Source of the DNA: Candidatus Woesearchaeota archaeon
Lineage (GTDB): Archaea > Nanobdellota > Nanobdellia > Woesearchaeales > GW2011-AR15
Assembly (NCBI GenBank): GCA_016935095.1
Contig: JAFGRO010000003.1
Coordinates: 5,702-69,701, forward strand
Direction: 5' to 3'
Length of the DNA stretch: 64,000 nucleotides
Shown here: piece by piece, positions 37,715 to 46,902 of the stretch
How the letters are laid out: every line of letters begins with the position of its first letter
Numbering within the stretch: the stretch's first letter is position 1
Made by a program: the position numbers and the translations under genes
Notes under the pieces: model-generated
What the model saw: only the letters and a program-made list of their open reading frames with translations
Told to the model about the DNA's origin: nothing
Database searches by the model: none

Positions 37715-38251
37715 ATGAAATCTATAGGTCCCCTAATGATTGAGCATAGATTAATTGAACGTATGGTTGCTTTACTCAAAAAAGCGCTTTCAAGATTAGA
37801 AAATAAGGAAAATTTTAATCCGCAATTCATATTTGATGCTGTTGATTTTTTTAGAACCTATGCTGATAGGACTCACCATGGAAAAGAAGAAGACATTCTT
37901 TTCGAAGAACTAAAAAATAAGAAAATCTCCAATGAGCATAAGAGGATTATGGATGAATTAATTCAAGAGCATATTCTAGCCAGAGAAAATGTTAAAGGTC
38001 TTTTGGAGGCAAATGAACAATATGTAAAAGGCGACTCTAAAGAAGTAGATAAGATTATGGGCTTTCTAAAAACATTGGTAAAATTGTATCCGCCCCATAT
38101 AAAAAAAGAAGATACACAATTTTTTCTTCCAATAATGGATTACTTCACCGAAGAAGAGCAGCAAAACATGCTTAAGAAATTTTTTGAATTTGACAGGCAG
38201 ATTATTCATGAAAAATATAAAGGAACAGTGGAAAAATATGAAAAGATGTGA
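37715..38251 (+). CDS. hemerythrin HHE cation-binding domain protein
   Basis: IEHRLIERM, THHGKEEDILFEEL, ELIQEH, HIKKED His/Glu ligand pattern. Confidence 0.85.
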   Translation: MKSIGPLMIEHRLIERMVALLKKALSRLENKENFNPQFIFDAVDFFRTYADRTHHGKEEDILFEELKNKKISNEHKRIMDELIQEHILARENVKGLLEANEQYVKGDSKEVDKIMGFLKTLVKLYPPHIKKEDTQFFLPIMDYFTEEEQQNMLKKFFEFDRQIIHEKYKGTVEKYEKM

Positions 38252-38255
38252 AAAT

Positions 38256-38270
38256 TAAACTTTTTGCCCC
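38256..38270. repeat. inner right inverted repeat of cassette B (TAAACTTTTTGCCCC)
   Basis: Perfect partner of 37518-37532; starts 5 nt past the hemerythrin stop. Confidence 0.75.
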
Positions 38271-38313
38271 TAATTTCTCTTATTTTATGTATCGCATTCG
38301 CTCATTATAAGGC

Positions 38314-38327
38314 GCGTTGATTTCTGA
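38314..38327. repeat. outer right inverted repeat of cassette B (GCGTTGATTTCTGA)
   Basis: Perfect partner of 37493-37506; its core TTGATTTCTG recurs directly at 38396-38405. Confidence 0.75.
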
Positions 38328-38408
38328 CTTTGCGGACGAAATTTGACCCCACTAGGTAGGGGGAAAGAATATAATAGGAACCATGTTATACGCAATTGAT
38401 TTCTGGCA

Positions 38409-38663
38409 CTACATCTTCTTATAAATATTCTTTCTATGTCCAATTCGCGTTACTTCAATTGTTTTAGAATTATAATTTATATCTGCAATCGCTCTATAGT
38501 CTCCAATCCTAAGCTTAAAATCCTTTCTTCCTGTTAATCTCTCCCAAAAATGATATGGGATGGGCTTTGTAGAACTTATTTTATCATAAATTCGTTTAGC
38601 TATTATTTTCTCTAATTTTTCAAGAAATTCAATAGCTTCTGGATCAAATATGACTTTATACAT
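38409..38663 (-). CDS. type II toxin, RelE/ParE superfamily
   Basis: 84 aa; KDFKLRIGDYRAIADI..TIEVTRIGHRKNIY typical RelE/ParE C-terminus. Confidence 0.85.
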   Translation of the reverse strand: MYKVIFDPEAIEFLEKLEKIIAKRIYDKISSTKPIPYHFWERLTGRKDFKLRIGDYRAIADINYNSKTIEVTRIGHRKNIYKKM

Positions 38664-38665
38664 AT

Positions 38666-38905
38666 CTAAAATCCTAACCTTTTTCTAGCTTCTTCTTCTG
38701 TGAGAAAGTTTCCGCTTTTAATCCTTTCTCTTGCTTTTTCAATAGCTTCTACAGTTTCTTGACTTAATTGTGGTTGAGATTTCGCTTTCTTAGCTATATA
38801 TATCAATTTCTTTAAGACTTCATCATAACTTTCGTTTTTATATTCTCTAAATTGATCTATTTGTATCTTTGTATCCTCATGGATTTTAATTGTAGTTGCA
38901 GACAT
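38666..38905 (-). CDS. cognate antitoxin
   Basis: 79 aa directly upstream of the toxin (2-nt gap); N-terminal beta-strand/helix DNA-binding-like region. Confidence 0.65.
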   Translation of the reverse strand: MSATTIKIHEDTKIQIDQFREYKNESYDEVLKKLIYIAKKAKSQPQLSQETVEAIEKARERIKSGNFLTEEEARKRLGF

Positions 38906-38917
38906 TTGTATTCACCC

Positions 38918-38943
38918 ATATACTAAGGTATACCTAAGTATAT
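38918..38943. promoter_or_regulatory. 26-bp palindromic operator between TATA box and SD of the toxin-antitoxin operon
   Basis: ATATACTAAGGTA|TACCTAAGTATAT, 12 of 13 pairs complementary; TTTAAATA TATA box abuts it on the minus strand. Confidence 0.5.
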
Positions 38944-39052
38944 TTAAATCTTTCTAAAATTATTATTTTAGAAGCCAGAAAAACTGTGTTTTTCGATGTT
39001 TTGTTTACGAACAAAAAATTAACTATCACAAAAAAAGAAATCTAAAAAACTC

Positions 39053-39796
39053 CTAGTCATTATCAACCCTAGGCGCAAGTATAAAGTTCATCATCAGCTT
39101 ATTCATCAGCTGGTAGCTTAGCTTCAATGGGTAGTCTTTGCTGAAATTTATATTAACATTAGGAGCCAGCTTGCTTCCCTGGATCATCTTTTTCAAATAC
39201 TCAATTGAGTATTTTGCCCTGACTATTTCTTCTGTCTCTGATTTAATCTCTGTTCTTTCATCCTGTTTAATCTCAACCTTTACCTGAGAAAGATCCCCTT
39301 CTGCAGAGATTATAAAATTATCTTTCTGTGCAATAAAGCTGACTGATTCCGCAACAATATCTGCGTCTTCAATAGCCTCGTTTAATATGTCAACATTTGT
39401 TGTGATTGTAACCGGAAAATTCAGTTCAGGGATTTTCTGCTCTTTCTCTTCAAGCTCAATTATCGGCAGGAAGAAGGTCCTGGTTGTGTTTGATTTTAGT
39501 GTTAGCTTGAACTTATTCTCATGCAATTCCATGGTTAATATGTCATTTGCGCCTGAACGCCTTAAGATCTGCTTAAGGTTATTTAAATTCAGGGCAATTT
39601 TCTGTTCTTTTTCAACACTATATTCTGTAAATGCGCTTCCAAGCAGTTTGAATATAACCATAGCAACATTTGCAGGGTCCATTGCAACTAAATCAATTGA
39701 ATCTTTTGTTATTTTAAATTGCGCCTCGCTGACTAAATCTGAGATTATTGACACAGAATCTTTAAATAATTTTGGATCAGCTAATGTCAGTTTCAT
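39053..39796 (-). CDS. pcn: DNA polymerase sliding clamp PCNA
   Basis: 247 aa; FKDSVSIISDLVSEAQFKITKDSIDLVAMDPANVAMV and two-domain clamp layout. Confidence 0.95.
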   Translation of the reverse strand: MKLTLADPKLFKDSVSIISDLVSEAQFKITKDSIDLVAMDPANVAMVIFKLLGSAFTEYSVEKEQKIALNLNNLKQILRRSGANDILTMELHENKFKLTLKSNTTRTFFLPIIELEEKEQKIPELNFPVTITTNVDILNEAIEDADIVAESVSFIAQKDNFIISAEGDLSQVKVEIKQDERTEIKSETEEIVRAKYSIEYLKKMIQGSKLAPNVNINFSKDYPLKLSYQLMNKLMMNFILAPRVDND

Positions 39797-39854
39797 AAAA
39801 ACACCCCCTCTATTAATTATAAGAGATAGGGAAATAATGTAGATATTTAAATAT

Positions 39855-41192
39855 TTACCTTATGTCTATTCTCTGCCCGTCCTGCATCAGATGTACTGTT
39901 TTTCCCAGCTCATAACCAAGCTCCTGTGCAAGATCTATCAGATTAGATGTCTTTGATATATCTCCGTGAGCAGGTATTATATGCTCAGGATTAACCATGT
40001 GTATTAAATCCCGGTGATCTTCCCTAGAAGCATGACCTGACATATGAATGTCCTTAAATATTCTTACTTTTAGTGCTTTTAACTTGTTTTCAAGTATGTC
40101 TCTATTTGCAATATTCAATGCATTTGGAATAGTAGTACATGAAAATATTACATGATCCTCAGGAAATAATCTGAATTTTAATCTTCCATCAACTATTTTT
40201 GAGAGAACAGCATTTGGCTCTCCCTGGTGGCCTGTCACAACTAAAAGATATTTATCCCTACCCTGTTTTTCTATTTTTCTAAGGATTTTTTTGACCTGTG
40301 AGCTGAAACCGCAGATTTCAACTGATTTTGAGAATTTAACAATACCGCAGGCTTCAGCAGCATAAGAGTATTTTGCAAGACTTCTGCCTAAAAAAACAAT
40401 CTTACGGTTCATCTTGGTGCCGAAATCAACTATTGACTTCAATCTTGCAATATGCGAGGCAAATGTCGTAACAATTACTGTCTTGTTTTTAGAAGGGACA
40501 CCAAGCATCACATCTCTTAACATCTCTCTTGCAATACTCTCAGAAGGCGTTTTTCTCGCCAGATGAGAGTAAAGAGAATCTAATATAAGCAATTTTACTT
40601 TCTTCTTTTTACCTAATTCTCTTAGTCTTTTAAAATTCGGCTTTTCGCCTATAACCGGAAAATTGTCAAATTTAAAATCATTGCAGTATAAGACAGAGCC
40701 TTCTGGAGTATGTACTGCAACCATAACTGTCTGAGGGGTTGAATGCGTTGTATTGATGAACTCAATTTTTATATCTTTATTCAACTGATAAACTGCATTT
40801 GTAGTCAAGGTCATTATTTTATTAGGCAGGTCAGCTTTACGGTCTTTTAAAATTGCTTTCAATACCTCAGATGAAAAAGGAGTGCATAAAATATCAGCAT
40901 CATAATTGGCTGCTATATAAGGTATTGCCCCAAGATGGTCAAGATGGGCATGCGTCGGTATAATTGCTTTAACGTATTTTTTCCAGTTTTTAATAAAATA
41001 TTCTTCAGGAATCGCACCTTGCCCCAATAATTCATTTGCATCTATGATATCATCTTCATTTTCATCTTTTGCACCTATGTACTTATCAACCTGCAGACCC
41101 ATATCAAGAACAACAACATCATCTTTGTATTTGACAGCGGTCATATTCTTGCCGACTTCAGAATAACCTCCTACAGTGCATATTTCTATCAT
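39855..41192 (-). CDS. rnj: archaeal RNase J (beta-CASP metallo-beta-lactamase)
   Basis: IPTHAHLDHLGAIPY (HxHxDH); beta-CASP motifs; C-terminal HMSGHASRED. Confidence 0.9.
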   Translation of the reverse strand: MIEICTVGGYSEVGKNMTAVKYKDDVVVLDMGLQVDKYIGAKDENEDDIIDANELLGQGAIPEEYFIKNWKKYVKAIIPTHAHLDHLGAIPYIAANYDADILCTPFSSEVLKAILKDRKADLPNKIMTLTTNAVYQLNKDIKIEFINTTHSTPQTVMVAVHTPEGSVLYCNDFKFDNFPVIGEKPNFKRLRELGKKKKVKLLILDSLYSHLARKTPSESIAREMLRDVMLGVPSKNKTVIVTTFASHIARLKSIVDFGTKMNRKIVFLGRSLAKYSYAAEACGIVKFSKSVEICGFSSQVKKILRKIEKQGRDKYLLVVTGHQGEPNAVLSKIVDGRLKFRLFPEDHVIFSCTTIPNALNIANRDILENKLKALKVRIFKDIHMSGHASREDHRDLIHMVNPEHIIPAHGDISKTSNLIDLAQELGYELGKTVHLMQDGQRIDIR

Positions 41193-41288
41193 TCCATCTA
41201 ATTTTAAATCAGGAAGATATAAAAATGTTTGTAAATTAAAAATAGTTCAATGAAAAATTTAAAATACTAAATCAAAATCTAATAACCT

Positions 41289-41651
41289 ATGGGAAACATA
41301 AAACCCTCTCCAATTAAACCAACAATCAAATTTGATTTGTTAAATAAAATAGATATTCGTGTAGGAACTATTGAAAAAGTTGAAGACATTGAAAAATCAG
41401 ATAAATTAGTGAGGTTAATTGTTGATTTTGGAGATCATACGCGGAATATTATTGTAGGAATGAAAAAAGAAAGGGATAACCCAAAAGAAATTGAAGGCAT
41501 GCAGGCTTTATTTGTAGTTAATCTTGAGCCAAGAAAAATAATGGGTGAGCTTTCTGAAGGAATGCTTTTTGATATTGGTTACGCTGATAAAATAGTTCCT
41601 GTTCTTGCTATTCCTGAAAAACCAGTACCTGATGGAAGTAGAGCCGGATGA
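41289..41651 (+). CDS. tRNA-binding domain protein (CsaA/Trbp111/EMAP-like)
   Basis: IDIRVGTIEKVEDIEKSDKLVRLIVDFG...FVVNLEPRKIMGELSEGML. Confidence 0.8.
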   Translation: MGNIKPSPIKPTIKFDLLNKIDIRVGTIEKVEDIEKSDKLVRLIVDFGDHTRNIIVGMKKERDNPKEIEGMQALFVVNLEPRKIMGELSEGMLFDIGYADKIVPVLAIPEKPVPDGSRAG

Positions 41652-41672
41652 TTGTAACCCAGGATTTGTGAT

Positions 41673-42197
41673 TTGAATATGAAAAAACAAAAAATCTATG
41701 ACAATTATCCTTTCTGGATTGTGTTTTTATCAAATCTTGTTTCAGTTTTAATTTACTTGATCAGCGCATATATAATATATAAAACAGGCATTCTGTGGCT
41801 TATAATCTATTTGATGTATATCTTATTCCTGGAGATAAGGCTATTGAAACATGCATGTGTTAATTGTTATTATTTTGGGAAATCCTGTGCCTTTGGAAAG
41901 GGCAGGATAAGCTGCATATTATTCAGAAAAGGCACTGCTGAAGAATTTATTCATAAAAAAATAACATGGAAAGACCTTATTCCTGAGATGATGGTTTTCA
42001 TTATTCCATGTATTACTGCTATTGTTTTATTAATCTTGAATTTCAACTGGCTGATCCTAATTCTTTTGATATTGTTATTCCTGCTGAATTTTTCCGGGAA
42101 TGCATTAATCAGGGGAAATCTTGCCTGCAGGCACTGCAAGCAAAGAGAGATTGGATGTCCGGCCGAACAGTTATTCAGCAAAAAGAAAAAAAATTAA
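41673..42197 (+). CDS. membrane protein with CxxC pairs, unknown function
   Basis: 4 TM helices; CVNCYYFGKSC and CRHCKQREIGC. Confidence 0.5.
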   Translation: MNMKKQKIYDNYPFWIVFLSNLVSVLIYLISAYIIYKTGILWLIIYLMYILFLEIRLLKHACVNCYYFGKSCAFGKGRISCILFRKGTAEEFIHKKITWKDLIPEMMVFIIPCITAIVLLILNFNWLILILLILLFLLNFSGNALIRGNLACRHCKQREIGCPAEQLFSKKKKN

Positions 42198-42595
42198 TTC
42201 CCCAATCCTACCTCAAAATCAATACCTTCAAAATGTTTCATTGATTCATGAACAGGGCAATGACCTGCTGCTTTCTCAATTGCTAATTTTCTCTTTTCAT
42301 CATTGCAATTTGGAAGTTTTATATTCATCTTGAAATTTGTCAGCCTTAATGGATCCTGGACTTTATCAAATTCTAGAGACACAGTCATGTCCTGGCAATT
42401 AATTCCTGCATTATTACAATATTTTGCAGCAAAAGCTGCTGTGCATGAAGCTATTGCAGCAACCATTAATTGCGGAGGTGTCATCCCTCGGTCTTTACCT
42501 CCCATAGAATCAGGAACATCTATTTCCAAGCTATGATTTCCAATTGTTGTCTCAAATAACATATCTCCTTTGTATTTTATTTCTATTTTTCCCAT
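42194..42595 (-). CDS. OsmC family peroxiredoxin-like protein
   Basis: 133 aa with conserved Cys pair (IASCTAAF ... AAGHCPVH). Confidence 0.85.
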   Translation of the reverse strand: MGKIEIKYKGDMLFETTIGNHSLEIDVPDSMGGKDRGMTPPQLMVAAIASCTAAFAAKYCNNAGINCQDMTVSLEFDKVQDPLRLTNFKMNIKLPNCNDEKRKLAIEKAAGHCPVHESMKHFEGIDFEVGLGN

Positions 42596-42667
42596 AAGTC
42601 AATCACCTTTAATTTATAATGTGGTTTAGATTCATTTTACAGTTAAAAAGATTCCTATTAATACCAA

Positions 42668-44050
42668 CTATCCAAAAACAAGCAATTCCGGCTTCAACAG
42701 CATAATTAAACCAAAGCCTAACATGAACAGGCCCGAAACCAATTTAAGTATTCTTCCCTGTTTTTCTGTTATTCTTGTTGATCTAAATGTAAAAATGAAA
42801 ACCAGCATTATTGCAAGCAAAGGCAATATATAGATAAATGAATAATATAATGTCCAGATTATATGGGGAATTGCAATTGATTCTCCAAAGGATTTTATTA
42901 AAGAGGCCATATAAACCGCAGGAAGTATAGCTGTGCAACCAAGCTCCACCATATTAACAAATACTGCAAGCATGATAGTTCCAATCAAAGCCAAAAAAAA
43001 GCCTTTTTTAGTTGTTGAATCTTTAAGCTGGTTAACTATTTTCCTGGCTTTTTTTGTTATTGACAATTTTTCCTTGTCAGATATTGTTAATGAAACTCCT
43101 TTTTTAAAGAAAAAGAAATCCTTAATATTAATTAGACCTGCCAATGTAATAATAATGCCCAACACAAAAAGAATTACCTGCCCATATTTTTCAAAAACCC
43201 ATGAACCAATGATGACCATGAACATTATAAAGATAAAATACATCAGTGCTGAAGTAATAATAAAAGTAAAACCAATTATACCCATGTCTCTTTTGCTTTT
43301 TGTATAGGTCAGCAAAGATAACAAGATAATTAAGACTGTAAAAGCACACGGGTTAAACCCATCTGCCAACGCAATAATTGTAACAAAAAAAGGGAATGGA
43401 AATTTTTCTGCAAAAGTTTTTATTGAAACTTCAGATTGTGAAGAAAAAAAGATAAAAAAACAGATTATTATAACTAAAATCAATCCTGAAATACCTATCC
43501 TTCTCTTTAATTTAAATGTTTTTCTAAGAAAAAAATAAACCAGACAATAAATTAGTATTATTATAAATATCCAGCTGTTCTCATTTTTTTCTTTTCCGAG
43601 TTCGGAGATCGGCTCTGGCTCGCATGTTTCATTCTCTTCAGCTGAAATTGTCGAAATTCCTCTTAGTTCATTAATCTGGCTTTCTATTACATTTGCATAT
43701 CCAGTATATGCTTTATAAACCGGGTGGAATTCCAGTTCTCCGTCCTCTGATGAAAAGCCAATATAAGCTTTATCACCTATAAATGTCCTTGGAACAGCAA
43801 AAGTTGTTGTATTATATTTTTGTGATAATTCTGAAAGCAGTTCCTGGTTTTTACCTGCTTCATAATAATTGACTTTAATTTCCAGGCATTTGTTTTCAAG
43901 AGATTTCAGGAATTCCATTTCAGCCTTGCAATGCGGGCAAGTATTGCTGTAAAAAAAATTTATCTCAACATCTTCCTGTGCATTCACTAAAATAGTGAGA
44001 TTTAGCAGCATAATCAAAAAAATCATTAATCTAAAATGTTTTTTCTTCAT
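42668..44050 (-). CDS. secreted glutaredoxin/thioredoxin-fold domain fused to CcdA/DsbD-like membrane domain
   Basis: Signal peptide; FFYSNTCPHCKAE (CPHC); TM domain with GFNPCAF motif. Confidence 0.6.
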   Translation of the reverse strand: MKKKHFRLMIFLIMLLNLTILVNAQEDVEINFFYSNTCPHCKAEMEFLKSLENKCLEIKVNYYEAGKNQELLSELSQKYNTTTFAVPRTFIGDKAYIGFSSEDGELEFHPVYKAYTGYANVIESQINELRGISTISAEENETCEPEPISELGKEKNENSWIFIIILIYCLVYFFLRKTFKLKRRIGISGLILVIIICFFIFFSSQSEVSIKTFAEKFPFPFFVTIIALADGFNPCAFTVLIILLSLLTYTKSKRDMGIIGFTFIITSALMYFIFIMFMVIIGSWVFEKYGQVILFVLGIIITLAGLINIKDFFFFKKGVSLTISDKEKLSITKKARKIVNQLKDSTTKKGFFLALIGTIMLAVFVNMVELGCTAILPAVYMASLIKSFGESIAIPHIIWTLYYSFIYILPLLAIMLVFIFTFRSTRITEKQGRILKLVSGLFMLGFGLIMLLKPELLVFG

Positions 44051-44136
44051 TTTTATACAAATAACTTTTTAAAGTATTATTTTTTATAAAATGAAACCAT
44101 ATATAAAGCTTTGTTTCAAAAAGTGAAATTATAAGA

Positions 44137-44622
44137 ATGAAAGAAAAAAAAGGATTAAAAGAAAGCTTGTTAATCTCAGGAATCATTACCGGTTTTGTAT
44201 TTGTTGTTTCATTAACAATTCTTTATGTAGATAATGCAATTATGAGAGGAAATGCCTGCGGTTGTATAATCCCCATTCCAATAATGATGGTAATACTTTC
44301 TTCTCTTGGAATATTTGTAGGTAGTTTCACTTCATATTATCTGACAGGAAAACATAATAAAGAAAAAAAAGATTTTAAAAAAAATATTGAATCAATACTT
44401 GGATTCCTGGAAAAAGAACCTAAATTAATAATTCAAAAAATAATTGAAAATAAAGGAAAAATAAATCAATCAGATATTGAAAAAAAAACAAATCTGTCTA
44501 GAGTAAAGATTCACAGGATTATAAAAAAACTCAAGTTAAAAAACATAATATTTATAGAAAAAAACGGAAAAAGTAATATTGTTAAACTAAGTGATGAATT
44601 ATATAGTTTATTTATTAACTAA
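44137..44622 (+). CDS. membrane-anchored winged-helix transcription regulator
   Basis: Two N-terminal TM helices; C-terminal wHTH INQSDIEKKTNLSRVKIHRIIKKLKLKNII. Confidence 0.55.
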   Translation: MKEKKGLKESLLISGIITGFVFVVSLTILYVDNAIMRGNACGCIIPIPIMMVILSSLGIFVGSFTSYYLTGKHNKEKKDFKKNIESILGFLEKEPKLIIQKIIENKGKINQSDIEKKTNLSRVKIHRIIKKLKLKNIIFIEKNGKSNIVKLSDELYSLFIN

Positions 44623-44645
44623 CACAATTCTACAATTGTTTTTAA

Positions 44646-46682
44646 TTAAGATATTCCTAAAATTAACCCTCCTTGATATACTATAAAAGACATTATCCAG
44701 GCAACTACTGTTGTATAAATTATTGAAAATAAAGCCCATTTCCATGACCCAGTTTCTTTTTTTATTACTGCAACTGTTGATATGCAAGGAAAATAAAGCA
44801 ATACAAAAACCATGAATGAAATAGCTGACAAAGGTGTAAAAACATTCTGTAGCACTGATGTAATATTTGCCTCCTGGACCTGATATACGGTTCCAAATGT
44901 GCTTATGATTACTTCTTTTGCAGCCAACCCAAAGATTAATGAAACTGTAGCCTGCCAGGTTCCAAAACCTAATGGCTTAAATAAAGGAGCAATAATCTGC
45001 CCTGCTTTTCCAACAAAACTTTGTTTAGATGCATATTCTACACCAAGTGGCAGATTCGCAAGCAACCATATTATAATAACAATTGCAAAGATTGTTGTTC
45101 CTGCTTTTAATATAAAAGATTTTCCTCGTTCCCACATATGGATTAATAAAGAAATCAATGTAGGAACTCTATATGGTGGAATCTCCATTACTAAAGGAGA
45201 AGATAATCCTTTGAATATTGTCCTGTTAAATAACAATGAAGACATGATTGCTACAATAATTCCAAGCACATAAATTCCAAATATCACAATTCCCTGTTTT
45301 CCAGGAAAAAAAGCACTTGTAAATAGGATATATACTGGAAGTCTTGCACTGCAGGACATAAAAGGATTTAGGAGGATTGTTAAGATTCTATCTTTTTTTG
45401 AATCTAAAGATCTGGTGCACATAATAGCAGGAACATTGCATCCAAATCCTAGTATCATTGGTATACAGGCTTTTCCATGTAACCCTATTTTATGCATAAA
45501 TCTATCCATGATAAATGCAACTCTTGCCATATACCCAGAATCTTCTAAAGCGGCAATAACAAAAAAAAGCATAAATATTTGCGGAGTAAAAACTAACACT
45601 GAACCAACTCCTCCAATAACTGCTTCGGAACTAAAAGAAATAACCCACATAGGAGCATTAATTGAGTTAAGGTATAAAATTGCATTTTTTTTTATAATTG
45701 AGAAAACCCATTCAAATAATCCCATAAATGGTTCTGAAAGTTTAAAAGATATAATGAACATGCATAACATCATGATCAAAAAAATCGGGATTCCTATGAT
45801 TTTGTGTGTAACAATTGAATCAATTTTATCTGAAAAACTTGTCCTTTTTGTGTTATCAACAATAATCGTTTCTTTTGTTAGACCATCAATATAAGCATAA
45901 CGAGCTTTAGAAATTATTGTATTTATATCTTCTCCAAATATGCTTTCTAAATGCATTCTTATTTTATGAATCTTTTTAAAAACCAGATCAAAATTATTCT
46001 CTTTTTTTATCAATCTCATGACTTCATCATCATGCTCAAGAAGTTTTAGTGCAACCCATCTTTTTTTATAAATTTTCGGCAGATGTATCCTTTTAATTAA
46101 TTGTTCAATTTCATCAATATGGTCTTCTATTTCTCTGCCATAATTGATTTGGTTTTTTGATTTTTTTTTATTATGAGTTAAAATCACACAATCAAGGAGT
46201 TTTCCTATTTCCTTTTTTTTATTTGCCTCAATTTGTAAAACAGGAACATCTAATAGTTGAGATATTTTTTCTGTATTTACTTGAACACCCTTTTTTCTTG
46301 CATAATTAATAAAATTAAAAACAAGAATTACAGAAGCACCTAATTCAATTAACTGTGTTGTAAGATATAGGTTTCTTTCAATATTAGCAGCATCAATCAA
46401 CTGAACTACAAGCTCTGGATCCTCATTTACTATAAAATTTCTTGCTACAAGTTCTTCTTCAGAAAAAGCAGTTAGACTATATGTTCCAGGGAGATCTACT
46501 ATTTCAATTAAATGGTTTTTATAGTTTAAATGTCCTGTTTTTTTTCCTACTGTTTTACCTGGCCAGTTCCCAACGTGTTGCCTTGTTCCTGTAATTGTAT
46601 TAAATAATGTTGATTTACCAACATTTGGATTTCCAGCTAATGCAATTTTTATGTTTTTAGTAATTTTAATTAACCTCTTCAA
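44646..46682 (-). CDS. feoB: ferrous iron transporter FeoB
   Basis: N-terminal G domain GNPNVGKSTLFN, DLPGTYSL; C-terminal polytopic permease. Confidence 0.95.
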   Translation of the reverse strand: MKRLIKITKNIKIALAGNPNVGKSTLFNTITGTRQHVGNWPGKTVGKKTGHLNYKNHLIEIVDLPGTYSLTAFSEEELVARNFIVNEDPELVVQLIDAANIERNLYLTTQLIELGASVILVFNFINYARKKGVQVNTEKISQLLDVPVLQIEANKKKEIGKLLDCVILTHNKKKSKNQINYGREIEDHIDEIEQLIKRIHLPKIYKKRWVALKLLEHDDEVMRLIKKENNFDLVFKKIHKIRMHLESIFGEDINTIISKARYAYIDGLTKETIIVDNTKRTSFSDKIDSIVTHKIIGIPIFLIMMLCMFIISFKLSEPFMGLFEWVFSIIKKNAILYLNSINAPMWVISFSSEAVIGGVGSVLVFTPQIFMLFFVIAALEDSGYMARVAFIMDRFMHKIGLHGKACIPMILGFGCNVPAIMCTRSLDSKKDRILTILLNPFMSCSARLPVYILFTSAFFPGKQGIVIFGIYVLGIIVAIMSSLLFNRTIFKGLSSPLVMEIPPYRVPTLISLLIHMWERGKSFILKAGTTIFAIVIIIWLLANLPLGVEYASKQSFVGKAGQIIAPLFKPLGFGTWQATVSLIFGLAAKEVIISTFGTVYQVQEANITSVLQNVFTPLSAISFMVFVLLYFPCISTVAVIKKETGSWKWALFSIIYTTVVAWIMSFIVYQGGLILGIS

Positions 46683-46896
46683 TAAGTATTTTCATTGCCT
46701 GGCCTCTGCCAAGAGCAATTTTAGAATCAAAAACTTTTAATATTATGGGGCCTCTTTCATCATTTTTTATGATTTCAACATTTGTCCCATCATATATCCC
46801 TAAAGAAGAGAGTCTTCTTTTTAGGCCTTGCCCGCAGTTTATGCAAATTATTTTTACTAGTTTTCTTTCTTTGACTTTTGAAAGCTGTTTTTTCAT
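46666..46896 (-). CDS. feoA: FeoA
   Basis: 76-aa SH3-like protein; LSSLGIYDGTNVEII; overlaps the feoB start. Confidence 0.85.
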   Translation of the reverse strand: MKKQLSKVKERKLVKIICINCGQGLKRRLSSLGIYDGTNVEIIKNDERGPIILKVFDSKIALGRGQAMKILIEEVN

Positions 46897-46902
46897 TTTG
46901 TA

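Noticed and set aside
44051-44136. TGAAAC-N15-GTTTCA inverted repeat in the divergent promoter between the CcdA-like gene and the membrane wHTH gene, as an operator
   Set aside because: The arms are only 6 bp and lie in very AT-rich DNA, so the match could easily arise by chance. It is noted but not called.
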